DNA from: Octopus sinensis
Taxonomy: Eukaryota
DNA: 64,000 nt
Direction: 5' to 3'
NCBI RefSeq assembly: GCF_006345805.1
Contig: NC_043004.1
Span: 43,710,001-43,774,000, forward strand
Both the position numbers and the translations under genes were made by a program. The notes beneath the pieces were generated by a model that was not told the origin of the DNA, did no database searches, and saw nothing but the letters and a program-made list of their open reading frames with translations. Position 1 is the first letter of the stretch. Each line of letters opens with the position of its first letter. Positions 13,773 to 27,349 of the stretch are shown in pieces.

Positions 13773-14091
13773 CAGTTGTATAGTGGGGACAATCTAATCA
13801 ACTGGCACCTTCTCCAAAAATTTTGGGCCTTATGTATAGAGTAGAAAAGAATACAAAAGCTAACAAGAGTATGTTGAAAGCTAACGTACCTAAGTCAGGC
13901 GAGTGATATGAATACGAGACAACAGGTTTCCAAACGGATATCTTCAGGCAATATTCTGGGCAAGAGACATCAAAATATCCTGAAATTAACGAAATCTAAC
14001 GATAGTTAAATGAGGGAAAGTACATCGTATACTTATACATGTATACATACATTCATACAGTAACACACACACATGCACGCGTGTGTGTGTG

Positions 14092-14375
14092 TGGAAGTTT
14101 AATGGACTAGTGGTTAGGGCAGCGGACTCACGACCGTGGGATCACGGGTTCGATTCCCAGACCACAACTTTCTCTCCTTTTTTGTTCCTGGTCCTACTGT
14201 ATCTGTATTTCAAAGGACCAGCCTTTTCACACACTGTTTCACGCTGAATTTCCCCGAGAACTACCTTAAGGGTACACGTATCTTGGGAATGCTTTGTCAC
14301 TTGCACCTTAATTTCACGAGTAGGATGTTCTGTCGATCAGATCAACTGGAGCCCACGTCGTCGTAACCGACAGAC
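14092..14375 (+). mobile_element. tRNA-derived SINE (family D)
   Basis: TAGTGGTTAGGGCAGCGGACTC...GGTTCGATTCCC tRNA head; body shared with 45445-45668. Confidence 0.8.
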
Positions 14376-14399
14376 TGACACATACACACACACACATAC

Positions 14400-14441
<42 letters not shown>

Positions 14442-16347
14442 CGTCACATAAAATGGTTTCAAATAATCGAGTAGTACTCATAGAAAATAGTCCTCAGGGT
14501 ATCATTCTACAAAACATATAAAACATATCAAATATATAGCACATTACAACAGAAAGGAAGTTTATTTATTATTAAATATAATTATATAAATTATTTACAT
14601 ATTTTTAAGTTACGAAACAATTTCAAACCTGCCACCTATCCAGTCTATGGGATGCAAATATTTTAGATGCAAATATTATGGAGTGGTGTTCTCCACTTGA
14701 GTCACAGAAACCGAATGCTAGCACTGAAGAAGAGATAACCACTCTGAAATGCTTGCATCTCACGGTCTGGATAGGTGGCGCTGCAACCTGATTTAGATGC
14801 ATTTATAGCATTTGTCTACATCGGGAAATTTTCTCCTTGACAAAACAGAGTGAATGGGTTGTTTACAAGTCCCAACATAGCTCTGATGGTAACATTGCAT
14901 TCGAACTGGTAATAAGGGAATGTTGTGTGTTCACTATATAGTGTACAACACTAATTATTTTGTAGGATTACCAGTAATGTTGCAGAAAAATGAGATAATG
15001 ATGCTTAGCTTCTTTGAAAATCGTACAGCGTTTCTCACTAGAAAATCTATAAGGAGAAGCGAAGGAAGTTTAAAGATTAAATAACAATGTTATATAACAC
15101 ATTGATATTACTTATATGATTATCACCACCTTACATCTAATGTATTTACACACTTAAGCAAACGGCATATAATTTTAATTTTAAGTACACCTCTGTATCT
15201 CACCACTCTATTGTTCTATGCACTCGATAATTTAATATTAATGAGTTACTTTGGCCACTTACACCATTTGTTTGGGAACTTGCTAGAGCCACGTATACTT
15301 TCTGACACGTATACTCACAATACTTACTGACCAGTTGCTGATACATGCTAGAAAATATGTGACACAAACTAAACTATATTATTCTGATAAATTGCTACTG
15401 CATCGTATAAACCTTTGAATATTACACACACAAAAAAAAAAACAGGAACAGGATGTAAGTAAGAAAACTCTTTACTATCGATAACTTGCAATCGATGTCA
15501 GGTCAGAAACTTGACTCACTCCAAATTGATATTATTTATATATTTTTCTGATTAATGAAACACGTATAACTGTTTTTGTGTTCAGTAAACAATTTCGCGT
15601 TGTAAATGGATCCGTATAATTATAAAGAAAGCAACATATATAAATTAAAGTGTATTTTCTACTTACTTGCATAGATATTACTTCAAAATATAGACTTGTT
15701 TGAATATCTAAGAGCAATTATTGTGAAAGAGATTTACAATTGATACAAAGTATATTTCTATAACTGGTCTTCATTTTCAAAGTGTTTATAATATTAATAA
15801 TAGCATTAAAAGTACTTAAACTGGGAACGAGCGTTTTCTGTCAATACTCTTTCTATTATACCGGGTGAAATCCTTTAAAATATAAAAGATGCGATCGACA
15901 AATCATTCATTTTAATCCGACTTCTGATTGAGATAACAAATTAATAAACCCTTGTATTAGAACATGGACTGTGAAGAAAATAATGGTCGTAGATCTGTCT
16001 TTACTCTTAAGTACCTGTGCCAAGATAATTTACGAAGCTGATCCTTGACAAATGTCTAACATGTGCAATGTTACACAAATCTACATAAGCCATTTCAGAC
16101 AAACTTTAATGATAACATGTTAAATAACGAAATTCCAAAACTGCCAATTCACAATTCACCTTTTTTCATTGATTTAAATGTAATTCATAAAACAAACATG
16201 ACACAAACAGTACAAATATCAAAATAGCAATCATGAAAATACAATAATTTAAAAAGTAATAGCTCCATTCTCATATACATAGATTAACAATCAATAAAAT
16301 GTAATTGTTATATATTGTCGTACGACAGCTATAATTTGTTCGTAGAT

Positions 16348-16477
16348 TGTTATGTAGATGCCCCCATACAATGAAGTAGACTAGCTCAATACGTAGATAT
16401 AGAAGGAGAAGTCTAGACCGAGAGTAGAGTAGAGAGAGTCGAGCTGAGTATCAGTCATCCGAACGTGCGACATAACA
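16348..16477 (+). mobile_element. 130-bp solo LTR with 5-bp target-site duplication
   Basis: TGTTATG...CATAACA terminal inverted repeat, TAGAT duplicated at 16343-47 and 16478-82; homologous LTR at 52656-52768 is followed by a PBS-like TGGCAACGAGG. Confidence 0.8.
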
Positions 16478-16930
16478 TAGATATATGCTTGGAATAAACT
16501 AAGTTAACGCCATTGGTCAAAACATTTTATACAAGCTTGTCAGCTTTAGGGGACCAAGATTTAAACAATAGCACCCAATGCATTTAATCTGAATAGGATC
16601 GACTGATACCAATTAATTCTGATTATAATTAATATCTGAAATTCTCTCTATGTTCATTCTTTAACGTATTCATAATTTTTATTAAAGACGTGCTTATAGA
16701 TAAATACTTTAAAAGAATTATATATGCATGTGTGTATGTGCAATTATTTATCCACATACATAGAGAGAGAAAGACAGAGAGGGAGATCTTATATGCATAC
16801 CATTCTGCCTAAATAATGGATCTACAGATGCAATAATCCTGCATATCTCATGTCAGTTTTCATTCCTCACCTTCACTCTCTATATCATATCATATCTGAA
16901 ATAACTATTCATCAACCATTTTCTCACACC

Positions 16931-16978
16931 GTCTCCGATGAGGGGATATATAACATATCCCGGAAACAGCTGTAAGAC
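16931..16978 (+). ncRNA. Degenerate hammerhead ribozyme (core mutated, probably inactive)
   Basis: GTCT-CCGATGA-G GGGATAT ataac ATATCCC G-GAAACAGCTGTA-AGAC: stems I-III present with palindromic ACAGCTGT, but U4>C in the core. Confidence 0.6.
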
Positions 16979-17973
16979 CTTCTATTTGTAAGTGTTCTAA
17001 AATCTTTCACAGCCTTGGATTTTTATCTCATTCTGTAAATTTTTTTATAAAATTATATATGGCGGTATGTGTGTGTGTAAAATTTTATTGAATTTAGAAT
17101 CTTTATCTTTGCAACATACATAATTGATTAATATGTACACATTTATGATGAGGTGATTAAGCTAACGCAGAAATAAATATGCTTTCTTTTTCAGATTCTA
17201 ATGAATTTAATGAAATGAAGCTAAATATAGCGAATGTAATTTTGGTAACAAATCTCACAAATTTCAATGATACATTTATTTTACACAGAGGTGCTATGCA
17301 GATATGCGAAATATGCGCAAATAGAAATATATAAAAATATCACATGTTACCGTGTGTACAGAACTGCAAAAAACGAGGTGAAGAAATTTATAAAGGAGAA
17401 TCACCACTTATAGGAGGCAAGTTAATTACAAGAATATCGAATATTACATGGGCGATTATGTATCTGCGTGTAAGGAGGAATAATATCCTGCAAACGCTTG
17501 CATATACACAAAGAGGCACATATCAACTCATATAGATAAACGTTGTTTATAAATTTACATACGTCAAAGTAACAATCTATCTAATATATAGAGAGATATT
17601 TAGATGGATAAGTAGATAGGTAAATGAATAGATATATAGATAGATTTATACATACACATATATACATATATATATATGAAAATATATACATATATATAAC
17701 TATATATACATATATACACACATGTGTATATATATATATATAGAGAGAGATATAGATAGATAGTAATACATGCTCATGTATATACATATGTCTATGTACA
17801 TATGTGTATGCGTGCGCGTATATGAAAATAGAACACGTGCAGCTCATTAGACACCATTTTCTAATTTTCCATATATATATATATATATGTAGGTCCCGGG
17901 TTGAGTCGGGGTTAACCACAGTAAATAGGGTACTCAATACATAGCAGAGTAAATTAATTTATTTTATAGAAGG

Positions 17974-18024
17974 AGCTTCTACAGGACTAGAACTGTTTCA
18001 TTCAAAAGAAATCATCAGGAAGCT
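17974..18024 (-). ncRNA. Type I hammerhead ribozyme (left arm of inverted repeat)
   Basis: Reverse complement of 18336-18386, identical sequence. Confidence 0.7.
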
Positions 18025-18335
18025 AGGTGACAAGAGTAGTTTTGGCATTTATACATTCAGGCAGGTTTAAAGGGGTGGTGGTGGGGGACTTTTTGTATAT
18101 GCGTGTGTATATATATATGTATATGTATAAGTGAGAGTCTCCTTATTTACCTAAAACTCTATTTTTCTATTTATTCTTTTATTCTTTTATTTATTCTTTT
18201 ATCTACTTTACCACCGATTCCTTTGACCACTCCCCTAAGAATGATAGTTTGCGCCATGCCTACCCCCAAAAAGTCCCCCCACCACCCCTTTAAACCTGCC
18301 TAAATGTATAAATGCCAAAACTACTCTTGTCACCT

Positions 18336-18386
18336 AGCTTCCTGATGATTTCTTTTGAATGAAACAGTTCTAGTCCTGTAGAAGCT
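18336..18386 (+). ncRNA. Type I hammerhead ribozyme (right arm of inverted repeat)
   Basis: AGCTTC-CTGATGA-T TTC tttt GAA T-GAAA-CAG ttctagtc CTG-TA-GAAGCT: 6-bp stem I, intact core, 4-bp stem III, GUA triplet; 10.1-11.1 position is U.U. Confidence 0.7.
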
Positions 18387-18401
18387 CCTTCCATAAAATA
18401 G

Positions 18402-18441
<40 letters not shown>

Positions 18442-18999
18442 TCTTGCAAATACACAAGTGTTTTTATGTGCATCTTTATGTGCACACTCTCATTCATGCA
18501 TGTAGGTATATTTGTTTGTGTATGCACATATATCCAGTCACACAAGGACCACATAAATACACGTGTGTACAGACAAACGTTGTGCGTGTAGATATATATA
18601 TGCGGTTCAAATTTACAGAAAGCAAAAGACGAAGGAATAACAAGCAGGCGTATTTGCTGTACGCTCGGGAAGAATAGAAAAGTCTTTAACGCGTCGTGCC
18701 TACGCTGTCTAAGTAAACTAGTGCATACATTATGTGGAGATATGTACTGTTGTATGTTGTGTGTGTGTGTGTACGTACTGCCGTCTGTAGTTATGTGTGG
18801 GTTATAATGTATTTGCGCAAACGTATGGGCCTGTTTGTATATGTACAAGTAAAGTAGTTTATTCGATGTATGAGTAATGTGCGTTCCATGTATTTGTATG
18901 TGTGTGCGTATGGGTTTGTGAATATGTGTGAGGCTATCGTTTGTGTCTGTTTAAGTATGTATGTTCCATAATACAAACTGTTAGACTCACCATAAAATA

Positions 19000-20600
19000 T
19001 ACAGGTATAGAATTTGGCATAGATAATAGCTCAATATTAGCCATAAAACCGAGACAGGTAGTCATCAATGAAAGCTTCCTATTGCCAGATGGTCAAACAT
19101 TAAAATCACTGAATGAATGAGAGACATATAAGTATCCAGGGCTATTACAATCTGAAAGAGTACTAATTGTGGAAATGAAAACGAAAGTTGAGAAAGTGTA
19201 TATCAGACGTGTGAGGAAGCCAATGAAGTCAAAGCTAAACGATTCGAATCTAGTGAAAGCTGTGAATACTGGGGTGCAATCGTTACTTAGATATTCAATA
19301 GCTTTTATACATTAGAGAAGTACAAAGAAGGAATTCAATATGAATGGAATACTTCGCCCGAGAACAGGAGTTGCACGATTATACCTACCTATAAAGGAAG
19401 GTGGTCGGGTCGGGTCGGGTCGGGACCCCCTTCGGTCACGACACTGACCATGGGATTGCACCTAGAAAGTTACTCTCCTAGTCACAAGTTTAGGCAAGGT
19501 GGTTTATGGAAGACCAGCAGTCGCCCATACATACCAGCCTCCCCTCTCCACGCCACCAGTATTATCCAAGGGAAAGGCAAGGGCCGATACAGCTTGGCAC
19601 CCGTGACGTCGCAACTCATTTCTACGGTTGAGTGAACTGGAGCAATGTGGAATAAAGTGTCTTGCTCAAGAACACAACACGCTGCCGGGTCCGGGATTCG
19701 AGCTCACAACCTCACGAGCGTAAGCTCGACGCTCTAACTACTGAGCCATGCGCCTTCACTGGTGGTAGTGGGTTAATATTAGTAGAAGATAATACTGGCG
19801 AAAAGTTTTAGGAATTGCTAGAATAACCGTATGTCATGGGGAGCCATGCAGTCAAATGAAAATAAAAAAAAAACGAAAAAAGAAGAATAATTATCTGACG
19901 GGCACAGAAGACTTTGCATGGTAAATTCTCAAAGATAGTTGCAGGAAATAGTAATAGCGAGTGTTTGTTATGCTTGCAGAAGTAAGGCTAAAAATGGAGA
20001 CAGAACGTCTGATAGTATCAGCACAAGACCAATCGTTCAGGGCTAATTGGATAAATCTATAAATAGTTAGATTCCCATTGTAGGTTAAATAAAACAAAAG
20101 ATGAAAGTGAATGTAGCATTCTGGCACCGAAATTATACCAGAAAAGATATGTCAACGTCTTGAGAGATATGATGAAAGCTACAATTTGATCTTACTGAGA
20201 TAGTGCTTAAACATGAGCCTAGGAAAGTGCTAGAGTATAAGAAATATAAGATGTGAATTTTTAATATTCAGACAACGTAATAGAAGATAGAAGGCCTGAT
20301 TTACTGGTAGTAGACAAACAGAATAGAAAGTGCCAAGTAACTGACCTACAGTCCCAAATGATGAGACAGTCAATATGAAAGGTAAATAGAAAATAGCAAA
20401 GTAACAGTACTTAGCCACTGATTTTCAGAGACAATAGAAAATGCGACTAAAATGTAGCTAAAGGTGCATTAGGAACTCTGCCTCTAGAGTTGAACAGATG
20501 GATAACGGAAATAGGCATAGAACCTCGTTTACTGCAGCTCCAGAAAACAGTGTTATTACAGACAGCTGGGATACATAGAAAGGTTCTTGGCATTTATTGT
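19000..20600 (+). mobile_element. Decayed R4/Dong-clade non-LTR retrotransposon, 3' half (RT thumb plus restriction-like endonuclease)
   Basis: Frameshifted peptides GIEFGID, YKYPGLL, YIRRVRKPMKSKLNDSNLVKAVNT, RLYLPIKEGG, LIVSAQDQSFRANW, RRPDLLVVDK, GALGTLP, QLQKTVLLQTAG..RKVL. Confidence 0.85.
19406..19760 (-). mobile_element. tRNA-derived SINE (family C) nested in the R4/Dong element
   Basis: GGCGCATGGCTCAGTAGTTAGAGCG...GAGCTCGAATCCCGG head, CTTGAGCAAGACACT core-like motif, (ACCCG)n tail, TSD GGTGGT at 19400-05 and 19761-66. Confidence 0.9.
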
Positions 20601-20901
20601 AGTCCTACATTTATATACTTATTAGATTCTGATTTTAGAAAATTTTCTTTTCCAACTATCTAATCTCTTGTGAGCATATAAAATAATAATCCTTTCTGCT
20701 ATAGGTACAAGACCTGAAATTTGGGGGAAGGTTATAGGTGATTATATTGGCTCCAGTGTGCAACTGGTACTTATTTCACCGACTCCAAAGAGGGGAAAGG
20801 TAAAATGAATTTAAGCTCAGTCTATAAGGAAGGACAAATTGCCGCTAAACATTTTGCCCAGCATGCTAACGATTCGGCCAGCTCAACACCTTAATCAATA
20901 A

Positions 20902-20903
20902 TA

Positions 20904-20949
<46 letters not shown>

Positions 20950-21023
20950 CGATGATGATAACGATGCTGATGATAACGATGATGATGATAACGATAATGA
21001 TGATGAGGATGATGATGATGATG

Positions 21024-21060
<37 letters not shown>

Positions 21061-21167
21061 CGACGATGATGATAACGATGCTGATGATAACGATAGTGAT
21101 GATGATGATGATGATGACGACGACGACAATGACGATGGCGATGATGATGATGATGATGATGATGTTC

Positions 21168-21198
<31 letters not shown>
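20902..21198. repeat. About 300-bp imperfect (GAT)n microsatellite
   Basis: Direct reading; source of the poly-M/H/I/S pseudo-ORFs in the track. Confidence 0.95.
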
Positions 21199-21199
<1 letters not shown>

Positions 21200-21723
21200 A
21201 AGGAGAGGGAGCATATGTAGAGGAGGAGAGGCTATCTTTTCCATTTTTTACTGCTAGCATTACAGAATAAAATCTCCATTTTTTTTTTTACATTCAGTAT
21301 TACAGATTAATTCTTCTTCTGTAGACATAGTAACTGCTGTGATATACAAATTATTATTGTGAAACCAATGGTGTTATAAACAACTCAGATAGCACTTTGA
21401 TAAATGAAGATACACACATACATACAATTTTAGAAATATTGCTGACTCACATCATTCTTTAGGTGCATTTATGCATTTATACGTTTGTGTGTGTATACAT
21501 AGTTATGAATATCTGTATAAATGTATAAATGCGAACGGGCCTGTGCACATATATAATATATATGCATGTTAAAACACATGTGTATAAGCATGATATATCC
21601 GTTAACACTTATGAATATACGCACATACACACACAACTATACAATCGTATATGCACAAACAGACACATATATAAACGCATGTATAAAAAGAAGTATACAT
21701 AAACATATGCATACGTACATAAA

Positions 21724-21766
<43 letters not shown>

Positions 21767-22527
21767 TTATATTTGTGTGTGTGTGTATGTGTGTGTGTGT
21801 TCGTGCAGACATGACATTCCTTCCAAACTTAAAGAATACGAATAATTCAAAGAAACGGAATTTCGTGAGCGTGTTACATATTTCATGGATTTCATTGAAA
21901 GGGACACTTTGGTGTATTCTTGTAGAAACATGCGTAAATAAAGGTTCGGGAAAATTTGAATAAAAAATAAATGACCTGCCGAAGACCAGGAATTTCTTTC
22001 GTGTTCAAATTCATATTGTTTCTATTCTTCTGATTTCTTCATTTCCTTATTTTTCGAATTATCTGATCATTTTTTTTTACGATGTAAAATAAGTATTGAG
22101 AAGCATGTTACATATATGCATACATACATATACACGCACATACACACGCAAACACACACTCACACATGTATAATGTATAAGCGCAAACGGGCCAGTGCAC
22201 ATACTTATATTTGAATATATTGCCATATTATGTTCATATAATATATTGATATTATATGTGGATGTGCGTGGGTGTCTGTGAGACCCTATCTTTAGATGGG
22301 AAATAAATAATTACTAGTTAACGGGAAAAGTATGGACGCTGACATGCTGCGTGTAGTATAGACTTCAACATAGTCAACGGACAAAATAACTCTTGTGGCA
22401 TGTTATATTGATGAAATTTCAAATCAACATTGCATTGCAGTTTATATAATAAGTGTGTGAGATCCATAAATTATACAAATCTAAAGAAGCTTGAACAAAG
22501 ACGCGCGCACGCCTTTCACTATATATA

Positions 22528-23747
22528 TAGAGTGCTAAGATATTTGAGGACAGATTTATGTTTATAAAAGAAAGCAGATATGTGATAACAGATAATTACT
22601 TATTTTATCAAAGAATGCTATGAGGATAAGAAAAAATAAACGTTGTTTTCTATACTGTTATTCAATAAAGCCACCTTCAGCTTCAAGAACTACTTCTATG
22701 TGAGATCTAAATCCCCTTCATGCTCGAATCAAGTTGTCCTGATTCATTTTGGTCATTACTTTGACTATGGCAGCTTTCTAAGAATGTTTGTTGTTACGGG
22801 GGTGTTCATTGACCTCTTTCTCAACAAGGCTCCATATGTCCAATGAATTGAAATCTGGGGAATTAGGAGGTCAAATGTTAGGAGTTATCTAATCATCAAA
22901 GTTTTCCGCCACCTACTCCTGTGTTACTAGAACTATGGTTGATAATGCAGATCTTACTGAGTCACATATGACCTCCCATCGCATACAATGTCTATCCAGG
23001 GCTTAACAATTATTCCCAGTACATCAATGTAGACAGTAGAGTTAACCGTAAGGCCTTGTGAAAAGAAGTACTCATCACATGTCCTTCATTGCTGACAACC
23101 CCTAAAACCATAAGAGTTGTAGGAAATTTTGTATGCATAACACTTGGAACTTCTTTTTTTAACTTTTTGATCTTGGTCGAAGTTCTCGTTTGAGGAAAAC
23201 CGAATCAAATCTTCTGCTGGATTTTTCAGTTTGTTTAAGAGCCTTTTAGATCTGATGCAGTGATTTTCTTTTGTTTTTTTCTGACAAATTGACCTTTCTT
23301 CATCCTATATGACATATATTTGATGAATTCGCGGGCAGTATTTGTTACTGTTCGTTCTGACACATGGAGATATTTTACAATTGACCTCAGGAACACTCTG
23401 GGATTGTAATCAACGTTTTGATGAGCTCACCGAATAATTTCAGGTGTTCTTAGTATTTCATAATGTTTAGAATGCCTTCTATGCTTTGATAATGGTGATA
23501 CGTTTCCATCGTCAGTCTCTAGCTCATTACACACGTTGTAGACGAAAATCTGGCAACTTTTAAAAATTGAGATGTTTTTTGATCGGTATACTCAGCCTTT
23601 ATAACCGCAATAACAGCATGCCTCTTCATTTCTTGAGTAATCTGAGAGTCTGTCATTATTATATTCTGAAACAAGATTATAGAGAGTTAGCAAAATATGC
23701 AGCAATGACCCCAAAAATGTATGCTCTCAAATAATTTACGCACCCTG
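22528..23747 (-). mobile_element. Near full-length decayed maT (DD37D, Bmmar1-like) transposon
   Basis: Peptides VMHTKFPTTLMVLGVVSNEGHVM, IVKPWIDIVCDGRSYV, PPNSPD, VLEAEGGFIE*; imperfect TIRs TATAGAGTGCTAAGATATTTGAG / rc TACAGGGTGCGTAAATTATTTGAG with flanking TA. Confidence 0.85.
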
Positions 23748-25604
23748 TATATTGCTATTCATTGAACAAGTTTTGTGTAAAGATTAGTTTATGCATTATT
23801 TAAACGAGTTTGTCGGCTTTTTGATATTTGACTTTTGCATGGAGGCCGAAAATATGTGCTTCTGAAACTTATATATTCATATCGAGTCAGAAAAATCATT
23901 ACAATACGATTTTACTGACTTATTTCTATTTGTAAACATTTTTTATTTTGCAGTTTACGAATTCTGCATCACAGTATTTATTTTTTTATATTACTATAAA
24001 TATGTTTTTCCATTTTCATGTTGATATGTATACTCCTCTAATAACTCGATAGATCATTTCATACTCCTACAACTGATGCATATCTTCCCAATAAAATTCC
24101 TTTGTTGTCAGTATCACCATCTATTAGGATCTTTTTTTGCTGAGAAGCGTATGATACACTTTTAGTTTTCCCTGATTATTATACACTTTCTCAGAATTAT
24201 ATCCTTAATATTCTCACTTACAAAATTCTGTTTTGCTCTCGATCTGATGTACCTAGGCTGTGGTGTAATCAATATTTCTTATAGGTGATTATTTTTTATT
24301 ATTTGCTCATTTCATTCTAAACTCTATATTCTTTCACACATATATAATTTATGTAATGATATTAAGTAGAGTAGAAGGGTAGATATTAATAGAGTGAGGG
24401 AGTATTTATCCAACATCTTATTCTATATACTTTAGATTTTATTTTTCCTTTAGATGTTACATCAACGGATGGCTGAGCTTCTCACTCTGTGAATGTTAGC
24501 AGATGGTTGAGTAATTAGTCGATGAAGCATCGTAACTGGATACTATTTTATAGAGTATATGTTACAATGAACCTAAACTTACCCAAAGCAACTGAAGTTA
24601 TATATACAACATGGTGTTAACAAGACATTTTATCCGGGCCATGAAAAATTGCCAACAGTCTTTACGTATTAATGGTTTACAATACAACTAGAACACCTCG
24701 GTCTATTAGGAAGGTCGGGATACGTCTGTGCTAAACAAACCGTTCTTATCGTTTTCTATGCTTGCGTTTACCATATGAAGTGCGTGTTACTGGTTGGGGT
24801 ATGTTGACCGAATATTATCACTTCTGTGGTAAGTTCAAACGTTATCTATCTGTAAATTTATCTGTTGGATCAATAACATTTCCAGTATCAGCAAAGGTCA
24901 CAGCAACTAAACTTTAATCAGTGATGGCTTCCTCACACCGAAAGACACTTCAAGAAAGACATGTTTAAATTCTAATAACGGTAACATTTCATTTGGAGGT
25001 GTAAGTCGATGCTCTTTTTATGTAGCAGGAACAAAAGCTAGATGCTACCTTTTTCAAGAAGCATGTCGATGAATGTTGATCCATTCGGTGAAGTAAAATG
25101 CCCGGCGACATGATTACTGTCATGAGTGCAGCTTCAAAGACAACTGCAACATCGGTAGAGTATATAAAGCTACGACAATACAAAACCAATATTTATTGGT
25201 GCTGTTGCTGACGAATTTGCAGTGTGATGTACACCAAAAAATAGGACTAACACAAATAGCAATATTATGAGCGACGCAACGTACATGGTCATATCATTTT
25301 TCATTTCAGCCTCCTCATGTGGAGCCGAATAGATGGACGTGTTGATCAGAAAGATCTGCGCTGGGTTCAAACACAAATAATAATGATATATATACACATA
25401 CACACACATACATACGCACGCACGAATAATGTATACATACATATATATATATATAAAAATAGGATAAAATCTTTATAAGAATTTATCAAGTAGTGTGAAA
25501 AACCTCATAAGGGAAAAATTAATTAATTATTCCCTTTAAATATATTTATTTATATTAAGGGCATTACAATACATAAATGTCTCACGCTAGGAGGGACATG
25601 TATA

Positions 25605-25683
<79 letters not shown>

Positions 25684-26894
25684 ATAAACAGCTAATTTAG
25701 TTATTTCATGAGGAACATTGGACAAGACGACATTAATATTAGTACAGAAATAACATTGGAAATCACTGTTGTATGGCGTTTTTGACGGACATATCATTAG
25801 TCACGGGTTGTACTTTTCTAAGATTCAAAGAGAAAACATGTTTAATGTATGACGCAATCTGACAAATTCGAACGGTTGTAAGTTTTGAACTATAATAACC
25901 AGAATGCACTTACTTTTCGAAGAGGGAATTGGAGTTGTGTGTTTCTCTTATTGAACGGATGTGGATGGTGTTTTTTTAGAAGAAATTATATTTTACATAA
26001 TTGCATTATTTTCATGTCTATTAAATTCTCTATCTAGTAACCAAAAAGTTTGCGCATTCCTTTGAAATAGATCAAATTCATCATTTCATGGCTAAACAAC
26101 CCATTATTATTAACGTAAATTCAGTTAATTTCTCATTATAACTCGTGTGGAATTTTTAGGTCTTCGATTCATAATAATTTTAAAAAACACTGCCGAATAT
26201 TTTTTTTGTTATTCCTCCGCTGTTAGCAGCAGTAAAGTCTATGCTTGTGAATATAGATTTCTCTCCGTGTTGTTTACCTATATTTTCCAACGCAGTTTCC
26301 TATTTTATATGTTTAATATGTGCATATTAAACATAAAATAGAAGAAAAAGTAATAAATTTCTGTAGCAGAGTTTCATTTCAAAAAATAATATTTTCGTCT
26401 TGTGCAGATCTCTGTTTTCTTCATTTTGGTTCTTTGGTTTTTTTATTTTTTGTTTTCCATCTGTTTTTATTTTTAAAATATTTCTTTTCCGCCATTTGAA
26501 ATCTGTTACATTGCAAATTATTTAGATAGATATTTTATGAATAGGCTTAGCTTCCACGTAAACAGTATTTCTGCGTGTATGGGTCTATATTCAATGCCTT
26601 CGCATTGGTGTTATTCAAAAGTATTGTTAAAAATAGATAAGAACGCGAAAAAAATTAAATAACAATATGTATATATTAATTACTACAAAAACATTCAATT
26701 TTGGAAAAAAAATATTGGTTCTGACAATAGCATCTCAGGTACAGTTCAACTGAAATCATATAAGTTGTTTTCAATTCTACATAAGGAAGAACTTATATAT
26801 TTCAAGATTTCGACTTTTTTAAAGATTGTAGTACTTCTATCTTTAGCGATCCTCTGTTATAAATTTTCTTTATCTATCTATATATATATTTATA

Positions 26895-26969
<75 letters not shown>

Positions 26970-27204
26970 ATCTATCTATCTATCTATATATATATATATA
27001 TATAATATATATATATTATATATGTGTATATATCTATATCCCTATCTCTCAATGTATATAATTATACACACATATATAGATATGTGAATGCGTATATATA
27101 TTTATAATATTTATATATATGCATTCATATGCATATATATATGCGTGTATAATTACTTACTGATGTATATATATGTATGTATGTGTGTGTGTGTGTATGC
27201 GTGA

Positions 27205-27253
<49 letters not shown>

Positions 27254-27349
27254 CATGGAGTGAGGAAGAGAATTAGAAAATTTGTTTAAATCTTCAACTT
27301 ATGTATTATGCTTGAATATGACACAAAAGTGGTAAATTTCTGAGACACT

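Larger units (their letters stand above)
17960..18400. repeat. Inverted repeat, about 135-bp arms (17960-18095 / 18267-18400), PLE-terminus derived
   Basis: Arms are near-identical reverse complements with a 171-bp spacer. Confidence 0.9.
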
